Assembly (NCBI GenBank): GCA_041694835.1
Contig: JBGFRZ010000087.1
Location: 1-12,819 of the forward strand
Direction: 5' to 3'
Origin: Ignavibacteria bacterium
GTDB taxonomy: Bacteria; Elusimicrobiota; Endomicrobiia; PHAN01
Length of the DNA stretch: 12,819 nucleotides
The position numbers and the translations under genes are program-made. The first letter of the stretch is position 1. Every line of letters begins with the position of its first letter. Below, piece by piece: positions 1 to 6,296 of this stretch. The notes beneath the pieces were generated by a model. It was not told where the DNA came from and did not search any database. It worked only from the letters and a program-made list of their open reading frames with translations.

Positions 1-2
1 CC

Positions 3-116
3 GCAAAAAACGATATCACTTCTTTGAAAAAGGTGGTAGAAACAGCAAATAGTCTCACTCATGAGCAAAATAAAAAAAAGGTAATACCTAATCAAAGTGC
101 ACCAAATTTAGTATAA
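3..116 (+). CDS. 3' end of an unidentified ORF entering from the left edge, probably truncated by the IS (last ~12 codons come from the IS left end)
   Basis: Frame open from 3 (AKNDITSLKKVVETANSLTHEQNKKK|VIPNQSAPNLV*) to TAA at 114-116, crossing the IS boundary at 80. Short, so it could be chance. Confidence 0.35.
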   Translation, partial: AKNDITSLKKVVETANSLTHEQNKKKVIPNQSAPNLV

Positions 117-898
117 TTTCAGGCATGCGAAAATGTCCCGCATGCGGATATAGTTGGGCATGGGAAATTGGCATCCGTTTCAAGTGCCGCAAATGCAAAA
201 CGTACTACACGAATAAGGTTCTTTGGAATAAAAGCCGTCTTCCCGAGTGTGTAAAACTCAAACTTCCGGAGTATTTTGTGCTTGGGGCTCCGGCTTATCG
301 GCTTCGCTTTCGTGGTGGCGCTTGCCGCAGCAGTATTGAACGATTTTTCCGAATTATCAGAAGGCGGGCTTTCGACCCACGAGGAATGCAGGGAATCTCT
401 CATCGGTCAGATTGAGTGCGACGAGACGATGTTCGGCGGAAAACGAGCGGGAAAAAGAGGATGGGGCGATGGCGGAAAGATAATCGTTCCGGGTATACTG
501 AAACGAAATGGAATTGTGCGGGTTTTTCCGGTACTTGGCCGCGATGGGGAAAGAATTATCCCGGCAGTTATAGAAGCCACAAAACCTGGCAGCCTTTACT
601 ATACCGATGACTGGCATGCGTATGGTTCCTTGTCCGTAAGAGGTGAGCACATTGTTGTTCGGAAAGAAAAAGGAAAACCCAAAGGGCGAGACCATATTAA
701 CAGTATCGAGGGATTTTGGAGTTATGCCAAAAACTGGCTTTATCAATACCGTGGTGTGCCCAAAAAGTTTTTCCATCTTTATTTAGATGAAATTTCTTTT
801 AGGTTTAATTACAGACATGAGGACATTTTCCGTCGGATTCTTAAACTCTTGAAGACAGTTACATGCTAAATTTTGGTGCTTTTTCATAAGGCATTACC
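80..898 (+). mobile_element. IS1595-family insertion sequence (819 bp), degenerate
   Basis: Imperfect terminal inverted repeats: 80-111 GGTAATACCTAATCAAAGTGCACCAAATTTAG vs reverse complement of 866-898 GGTAATGCCTTATGAAAAAGCACCAAAATTTAG. They enclose a transposase. No target duplication (flanks AAAAAAAA / ATAATTAT). Confidence 0.9.
125..869 (+). pseudogene. IS1595-family (ISXO2-like DDE) transposase, split by a +1 frameshift near 360-380
   Basis: ORF 125-415 has the Zn-ribbon CPAC..CRKC. ORF 276-869 has IECDET, GKRGWG, YYTDDW, HINSIEGFWS..K and YLDEISFRFN. Removing one C of CCC at 376-378 joins the frames (...RRAFDHEECRESLIGQIECDE). Confidence 0.88.
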
Positions 899-930
899 AT
901 AATTATTACCTTATTTTTCGTAAAGTCCCC

Positions 931-1012
931 TGTCTCATGTCTAAAATCTGTAGTCTAAGTTCATCTCCCAACCTCATCAACTTATCACTCAAAACTCATC
1001 AAATCATATCAA
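931..1012. repeat. Degenerate short-period tandem arrays (7-mer, then ~8-mer)
   Basis: 931-958 TGTCTCA TGTCTAA AATCTGT AGTCTAA; 961-1012 repeated CTCATCAA/CTTATCAC-like units. Confidence 0.5.
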
Positions 1013-1239
1013 AATAACCGTATGCACATAATTTTTGCTGTCTCAATATGTTTTTTTACTTCTTCAGGCACGTATCCTGAAACAGAGAATTTTAGTAATC
1101 GTTCCCGTATATAATTTGTTGTGTAAGCATTCCTTCTAATACCATTTAGAATCATAGATGTAAATCCTATACTTGCTTTATCTTGTTTTACCAATTCTTC
1201 AACTGGAATAACTTTATCGTGTTTTATTGTATTCCTCAT
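1009..1239 (-). pseudogene. 5' fragment of a hypothetical gene, frameshifted and truncated
   Basis: Protein-like segment PVEELVKQDK...RERLLKFSVSGYVPEEVKKHIETAK directly follows the 985-aa gene. After the A-run near 1031-1035 an alternative frame continues LCAYGYFD, then runs into the repeat array. Confidence 0.4.
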
Positions 1240-4171
1240 ATAATTGTCTCAAGAATTCATATTCACGACTGACATAGATCTCACATATATTTTCTGCTTC
1301 TTCTATTTGTTCGTTAACTTTTGAATCATACAAATATTTTACTATTGAATGAATATTTTCCTCTCTAAAATCTGGCGTGGTGTTTTTTAGCATTTCTAAA
1401 TATACTTTCCCTACAAAATTTATACTTTGCTTTTTGTCTTTTAACTCATTAAGATATTCAATAAAGAAGGATGAATGAAAACTGACATCAACATATAAAG
1501 CAGATATTTTCAACCAGTCAAAATTTTCAGAATTAATTTCTGGTAAAAATACAGTCAAATTACACAATTCTGATAGTATTTTTTTATCTTCATTATTTAA
1601 CTTCTTTTGTTTCTCTTTATATTTATTTTCATGGACCCATCGCCAGAAATCAATTATTTTATTTTCTATCTTTGTTCTTTCTTCATCTTCAATTGACTGT
1701 TCTTGTTCCTGCTCTCTTCTCTGCATCCAGAAAAAACCAATCATTTCTTTTATTTGAGAGGTGTCCCATCTACCAAGAAGTTTCCTGAATAAACTCTTGT
1801 TGTCATCTATGTCCTCAATTCCACGCAAATATCCTATACAGATATGTTGAACAAGTTGGTCTAAGGAATATTTTCCTTTGAATTGATAATCTATTGCTTT
1901 TTCATAATGAGGTTTCATTAATATATATAACTCATTATCAATCCTCCCATTGGATAAATACCCATCCATAAATGCTTCCCATAATTGTTCTTTTTCGATA
2001 GTGAATGTTCTTATCTTATCTTTGGTCCACTTTTTGTCCAAATGATAATAGAAATCCAGTAAATGTCTACCAAGCCAGACATAACTTTCTATTATTTCAT
2101 TATTCAAAAGTTCTTCATATTTCTTCTTGATGTTTACTTCCCAACTGACTCTTTGTTTGGTTTTTGATTTTTCTTCAAATCGTTTAATCCTTAATGCCAA
2201 TATAAATAATGCTTCTGTTATTTTTCCAAAAGATGAATTCAACGCGTGTCCTACAAAATCTCCTGTAATAGGTTGTTCACTTAAAATCTTTTCCTTGTCT
2301 GCCAGCAAATTATCTAATATTTGAAATAGTATTTCTTGTGCTTTCGTAAAATGCTCTTCTGAAAATGCCCAATCATCATCTTCGGTTCCCTGTATAATAA
2401 GTTCACCTATCATGCCTACCACCCAGAGGTGGTTTGCTTTCCAATCATCACCTTCAATTTTATATTTATCATCCCAAAAGTCTTTAGGTGTTATATATTC
2501 TTTAGTGAAATTAAAAAGTTTTCCCCAATCAATTATTTTCTTCTTTTCCCATGCATCTCGTATTCCCCAGAGAATATCATATACATACAAATATCCTGTT
2601 TTTAAGAATGGATTCAAATCATCAATAAATTTTTCTGGTTTCTCTTGAACACTGCTCTTTAAGATATCTGATAGCCCACCTATAGTCGGACCTTTCCAGA
2701 AATTAACTGTTTTGAATGTTCTTAAATATTCTGCCAATTCTTTATTGCACATTTTTAATATCGTTTCTTTGTTTAATGGTGATGGGCCGGGACCTACACG
2801 GACTTCTTGTTCTTTAAAATTGAGTTCATCTTCTTCTTTGGTGATACTTTTATACTTTTCATATAGAGGTTTGAAATACTTATCATCTTTTAATGCTGAA
2901 TACCATTTTTGTTTTTGATATGCAGAATAGTATTCTTTATATTTTTCTTCAGGGTGGGGTTTGTCAGGAACTTTTGTTTCTATAATATTTTTAATTTTTT
3001 CTCTTTCTTCTAGTGAAAACTGATTGCCATATCTTTGTAATATCGTATAAACTTCTGCTTCATAATGTGGATCGTTAAAAATATGAATTGCTATCTCATC
3101 TTTGACAACTAACCCCCAAAGTATTTCTTTATAATTATCCCAATAGGTTCCAATTATAAATAGAGTCAATCTAAGAAATAATGGATATTGATATTCACTC
3201 AGAAACTTTTCAATTATTTTTAAGGTTACATCTTTATTTTTCTCTGATTTCGCTACTAAAACATCTCTTAAAATCAGTGTGAGGACCTGTTCTGAATTGT
3301 ATATATGAGGAGTAGCAAACAAAGAAGAAAACCAGATATAAGATAAATCAACTATACCGCTCGGCTGTTCTTTCTCAAAAATACTTTTTAATTTATCCGC
3401 TAAATTGAATATAACATTTTCACTACATTTTTCACCGATTTTTGAAGCAATTTTCTTATTTATAAATGATTTTATAAGCCAATGTGTATCTACAATTGTT
3501 TTAGGTTCATATTCAAGTTTTTCTTCATCTGTTCTTTTCTCTTCTGGTTTGTCAAAGATATGCTTATACTTTTCTCTTATTTCTTTTTTATATTGTTCAG
3601 TATATTTAGGAACCCATTTTATTTGAGTAACGATATTTACAATCTTTTCTGCTTTTCTCCAATCATTAGAATTGTTACTATTTAATAACTTTGGTAGAAG
3701 TTTTTCTATAATTTCTGAAACAGGTAATATATTATCAAACTTTGAATCAAGCCAGACAGGGGTTAAATCTAATATCTCATCGTTAATTTTATCAGTTGGT
3801 AAATTACATAGTATTTTTACAAAATACCGCCAGGTGCGATAGTTATCTAAACATTTATTATGTTCAATATGATATTTTGTAACATTTTTAATAATTTCAA
3901 GTAATTCATCAGCATATTTCTCATTCTCAGGTTGTGCAATCTGTTGAGAAACTCTTTCTAAATAATCCAAAACATTCCAGTGGGGAATCGTCCAATATCC
4001 CTCTTTATCAGCAGGTTTTGGACACGGCGCTTTTCCGGGCGAGAAATAACCTTTTTCTTTTAATGGATAAAACCATTTAATATCTGAAACTTTATTAAAG
4101 AAATAGTTTTCGTATAAAATATCATCACTTATTAGTCCTAATACTGCTTCTTCCTTTGCTGAAAGAGTCAT
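1214..4171 (-). CDS. Large (985 aa) predicted alpha-helical protein, putative sensor/partner subunit of the SIR2 defence effector
   Basis: Long intact ORF. ATG overlaps the SIR2 stop (ATGA, 4168-4171), with GAGGT 6 nt upstream. Motifs YFF..V....WF..L...GYF.P...P.P, GPSPL....L.M, F..GP...GL...L...V...P..F and ALNS..GK..EAL recall C-terminal regions of long sirtuin/NLR-like defence proteins. No Walker A GK[ST]. Function is inferred. Confidence 0.85.
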   Translation of the reverse strand: MTLSAKEEAVLGLISDDILYENYFFNKVSDIKWFYPLKEKGYFSPGKAPCPKPADKEGYWTIPHWNVLDYLERVSQQIAQPENEKYADELLEIIKNVTKYHIEHNKCLDNYRTWRYFVKILCNLPTDKINDEILDLTPVWLDSKFDNILPVSEIIEKLLPKLLNSNNSNDWRKAEKIVNIVTQIKWVPKYTEQYKKEIREKYKHIFDKPEEKRTDEEKLEYEPKTIVDTHWLIKSFINKKIASKIGEKCSENVIFNLADKLKSIFEKEQPSGIVDLSYIWFSSLFATPHIYNSEQVLTLILRDVLVAKSEKNKDVTLKIIEKFLSEYQYPLFLRLTLFIIGTYWDNYKEILWGLVVKDEIAIHIFNDPHYEAEVYTILQRYGNQFSLEEREKIKNIIETKVPDKPHPEEKYKEYYSAYQKQKWYSALKDDKYFKPLYEKYKSITKEEDELNFKEQEVRVGPGPSPLNKETILKMCNKELAEYLRTFKTVNFWKGPTIGGLSDILKSSVQEKPEKFIDDLNPFLKTGYLYVYDILWGIRDAWEKKKIIDWGKLFNFTKEYITPKDFWDDKYKIEGDDWKANHLWVVGMIGELIIQGTEDDDWAFSEEHFTKAQEILFQILDNLLADKEKILSEQPITGDFVGHALNSSFGKITEALFILALRIKRFEEKSKTKQRVSWEVNIKKKYEELLNNEIIESYVWLGRHLLDFYYHLDKKWTKDKIRTFTIEKEQLWEAFMDGYLSNGRIDNELYILMKPHYEKAIDYQFKGKYSLDQLVQHICIGYLRGIEDIDDNKSLFRKLLGRWDTSQIKEMIGFFWMQRREQEQEQSIEDEERTKIENKIIDFWRWVHENKYKEKQKKLNNEDKKILSELCNLTVFLPEINSENFDWLKISALYVDVSFHSSFFIEYLNELKDKKQSINFVGKVYLEMLKNTTPDFREENIHSIVKYLYDSKVNEQIEEAENICEIYVSREYEFLRQLYEEYNKTR

Positions 4172-5163
4172 TTAATTACCTCATCAATCAATTTTACTCT
4201 ATTAAAAAAGTTTTGTGGTCTTGCTTTAGGTCCTATTTGTTTTGCCCATTCGTAAATTACAGTAGCAAGATGTTCATACCCATTTTCATCTATTGGATAA
4301 GGTAATAATTGGATCCCTAAATCTGCATAATATTTTCTTTGGAACTCCAATAAATTTATTTCTTTTTTAAATATTGGATAAAGCATAAAATGTCTCAATT
4401 CACCTTTTGCAGTTTGAGATTTGCTAATCATAAATTCCAATATTTCATATTCTTCCAATCCATAGCCAACGAATAGAACAGTGTAAAATTTAAAAACTTC
4501 TTCAATTAACACTGCTGGTTTAGAATCTCTTTCATAATGTTTCATATAATCAACAATTGTCATTATCATATTTCTCTCATCTTTTACGCTTCCATGAAGA
4601 TGAATCACCACCCCATTGTTCAAATTCGATACTAATAGTTGTTCCTGTGAGTAAAGAATTTTACTCCTTTTACTCTGCTCTTTTCCACTACTTGGTTGTA
4701 ATGCTATTTCTGAAACAGTTGATGTTTCTGGATAAGGTTTCTGAGCAATCTGGTCTAAATGGTCGTCATAATTTGTTGTTATATAAATACCATTAAAAGC
4801 ATAAAGAGATTCGTATATTTTATATTTCTTATTTAATGATTCATCCCCTTTCAAAAGAGATTTTATATTGGGTGATTGTATATTTTTCTCTTCAAGTATC
4901 TTCCTGCAAATTGTTAATAGTTTTCTTACGTCTAACTTACTAAGATTTTCGTATTCGCAATAGTTAATACACTTATTTTCATATAAATATTTTAAATAAT
5001 TAAGAGCAAAAGTCTTCCAAGACGGACACCCAATAATTCGGGATACCCCTGCTCCAATAAACAAAACTAAATTCCCACTTGTTGCTGCTGAAAAAATGCC
5101 ATCCGGGACTTTAGGAATATCTGGAATATCTTTAATACTATCTTTAGTCTCAATTGTAGACAT
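4168..5163 (-). CDS. SIR2-family (SIR2_2-like) NAD+-consuming domain protein, defence-associated sirtuin effector
   Basis: Motifs LVLFIGAGVS...G.PSW, YITTNYD (Asn codon 4771-4773), IHLHGS (His codon 4594-4596) and VLFVGYG. ATG at 5163 preferred; in-frame GTG at 5175 is an alternative start. Confidence 0.92.
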   Translation of the reverse strand: MSTIETKDSIKDIPDIPKVPDGIFSAATSGNLVLFIGAGVSRIIGCPSWKTFALNYLKYLYENKCINYCEYENLSKLDVRKLLTICRKILEEKNIQSPNIKSLLKGDESLNKKYKIYESLYAFNGIYITTNYDDHLDQIAQKPYPETSTVSEIALQPSSGKEQSKRSKILYSQEQLLVSNLNNGVVIHLHGSVKDERNMIMTIVDYMKHYERDSKPAVLIEEVFKFYTVLFVGYGLEEYEILEFMISKSQTAKGELRHFMLYPIFKKEINLLEFQRKYYADLGIQLLPYPIDENGYEHLATVIYEWAKQIGPKARPQNFFNRVKLIDEVIK

Positions 5164-5167
5164 AATT

Positions 5168-5375
5168 TTATACACTCTTTGCTTTTTCTAAGCGGTTTTT
5201 GACGAGTTCACAGATAGACCAGTAAACTTCTTTGCGTTCCTGCTCGGTTAAACCTAAAATATCAAAAATAATATCATCAAGTTCTTTGCGGTCAGGTAAT
5301 GGTTTGGGTTCCTGCTCACGAATAGGCTGTTTGGGATTGATACCACATTCTTCAAAAATTGACAATATTTCTCTT
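5168..5375 (-). pseudogene. C-terminal remnant of a probable Type IIG / N6-DNA-methylase restriction-modification fusion gene
   Basis: SIFEECGINPKQPIREQEPKPLPDRKELDDIIFDILGLTEQERKEVYWSICELVKNRLEKAKSV matches the R.ELD..IFD.LGLT..ER..VY...LV..RL.KA tail I recognise from Eco57I-like/IIG RM proteins. The first codons of the ORF-track call (MILYP) come from the adjacent IS end. Confidence 0.7.
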
Positions 5376-5651
5376 GGGTATAGTATCAATTCGAGCTACT
5401 AAAATGTAAGTTTTATGCTCAAAAAGCAATCTCAAAATTTGAGCAATTTGTTGTTTAATTGTAAAATTCTATGGTTATATCTCCACACATATTCAGCCAA
5501 ATAAAGTGGCAAATAATAGGGCTTCCATTCATACTTGCAATTATAACAACGATACTTCTGTCGTAGGATATTATATGCTTTGTTAAAAGAACATTCAGGA
5601 CATACTACATTTTTTCATACCACCATTTTAACATATCTGGTTACTATACCC
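5376..5651 (-). mobile_element. Internally deleted IS1595-family derivative (276-bp MITE-like element)
   Basis: Inverted ends GGGTATAGTA (5376-5385) / TACTATACCC (5642-5651), with further TAAAATG matches inside. Minus frame 5611-5432 reads NVVCPECSFNKAYNILRQKYRCYNCKYEWKP-YYLPLYLAEYVWRYNHR..., a Zn-ribbon joined directly to the transposase C-terminal motif. ATG at 5618 is out of frame by one A in an A6 run. Confidence 0.85.
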
Positions 5652-5653
5652 AA
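5625..5653 (-). promoter_or_regulatory. Putative sigma70 promoter in the mini-IS end, pointing toward the SIR2 operon
   Basis: Minus strand TTGGGT-17 nt-TAAAAT with extended -10 TGn (TGTTAAAAT); ATG follows 6 nt later. Confidence 0.5.
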
Positions 5654-5770
5654 AGGAATATCTTCGACTGCAGCACACTCTTTGATGAGAGAGGGGTCGG
5701 CAGAAAAACTGTCAAACCAAACAATTCAACATTTTTAAAAACAAAACAAGGCAAAACTTCCAGATCGAAA

Positions 5771-5860
5771 CGGGGACGCTGAACAACACACGCGATCACC
5801 CGTATTTCATACGGGGATGCTGAACAACACACGCGATCGCCCGTATTTCATACGGGGACG
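5771..5860. repeat. 41-bp tandem repeat (2 full units plus the tRNA-Asp end), each unit carrying the 3' terminal 8 nt of tRNA-Asp
   Basis: 5771-5811 and 5812-5852 CGGGGAyGCTGAACAACACACGCGATCrCCCGTATTTCATA (2 differences). The third CGGGGACG at 5853 is the tRNA acceptor end. Confidence 0.95.
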
Positions 5861-5928
5861 ACGGGATTTGAACCCGCGATCTCGGCCTTGACAGGGCCGC
5901 ATGTTAAACCAAGCTACACCACGTCCCC
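5853..5928 (-). tRNA. tRNA-Asp (GTC), CCA not encoded
   Basis: Acceptor stem GGGGACG/CGTCCCC + discriminator G; anticodon arm CGGCC-CTGTCAA-GGCCG; T arm GCGGG-TTCAAAT-CCCGT. Confidence 0.97.
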
Positions 5929-5935
5929 TATAAAG

Positions 5936-5995
5936 CAGTGATTAATGTCAGTAGAGACACTGACAGCTGACACTGATAACACTGACCACAGACAC
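5936..5995. repeat. Degenerate ACTGAC short-period array with an inverted arm, in the tRNA spacer
   Basis: ACTGAC, GCTGAC, ACTGAT, ACTGAC, ACAGAC at 5959-5993; inverted TGTCAGT at 5946-5952 and CAGTG at 5936-5940. Confidence 0.6.
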
Positions 5996-6008
5996 TTTTT
6001 TATCTTCT

Positions 6009-6104
6009 AAACAATGGATGATGTTCCGATTTGTCGGGACAACCTTTCAGGCTTGCCCGTTAAAAACAATGGATGGTGTAGGATTTGGACCTACGACCTT
6101 TCGG
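6009..6104 (-). repeat. Two decayed tandem copies of the 3' half of tRNA-Val (pseudo-tRNA fragments)
   Basis: 6068-6104 matches 6131-6167 at 33/37 nt. 6009-6050 is a more diverged copy (AAACAATGGATGrTGT...GATTTG...ACrACCTTTC). Confidence 0.85.
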
Positions 6105-6132
6105 TCCCGCCCCCCGGCGCCGTTAGAAATAA

Positions 6133-6204
6133 TGGACAGTGTAGGATTTGAACCTACGACCTTCCGGGTGTAAACCGGGCGCTCTCCCGCTGAGCTAACT
6201 GTCC
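6133..6204 (-). tRNA. tRNA-Val (TAC), CCA not encoded
   Basis: GGACAGT-TA-GCTC-AGCGGGA-GAGC-G-CCCGG-TTTACAC-CCGGA-AGGTC-GTAGG-TTCAAAT-CCTAC-ACTGTCC-A cloverleaf. Confidence 0.96.
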
Positions 6205-6210
6205 ATATAC

Positions 6211-6285
6211 AAAGTTAAAGGTCAAAGGCAAAAAGTTAAAATTACAACAAAACACTTCAACCTTTAATCTTACACCTTTAACCTT
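6211..6285. repeat. Inverted pair of 7-bp-period arrays (imperfect long hairpin) between gdhA and tRNA-Val
   Basis: Left AAAGTTA AAGGTCA AAGGCAA AAAGTTA (6211-6238); right TTCAACC TTTAATC TTACACC TTTAACC TT (6256-6285). Confidence 0.75.
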
Positions 6286-6296
6286 CCATTTGTCTT

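Noticed and set aside
360-380. Programmed ribosomal frameshift in the IS1595 transposase
   Set aside because: The shift needed is +1 with no slippery heptamer, IS1595 transposases are normally single ORFs, and other substitutions suggest decay.
1214-5163. Assignment to SIR2-HerA, Thoeris, SPARSA (SIR2-pAgo) or SIR2-STAND Avs
   Set aside because: The partner has no Walker A GK[ST], TIR or PIWI/MID motifs that I can see; SIR2 lacks a SLOG/Macro/APAZ-length extension.
80-5651. Composite transposon carrying the SIR2 pair
   Set aside because: The two IS1595 elements have different terminal repeats and the outer flanks (AAAAAAAA / AAAGGAAT) are not a duplication.
5687-5715. Minus-strand promoter from TTGACA at 5715-5710
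   Set aside because: No -10-like hexamer at 16-18 nt spacing (TCTCTC).
5644-5832. 62-aa minus-strand ORF
   Set aside because: Spans the tandem repeat (translation repeats VIACVVQR-like text) with no family motif or ribosome site.
5771-5860. Mini CRISPR array
   Set aside because: The intervening sequences are near-identical (true tandem repeat, no unique spacers), the unit includes the tRNA end, and there are no cas genes in the window.
6068-6104. A third functional tRNA gene
   Set aside because: Only the 3' half is present: no D arm or 5' acceptor strand, and the T-loop is mutated (TCCAAAT).
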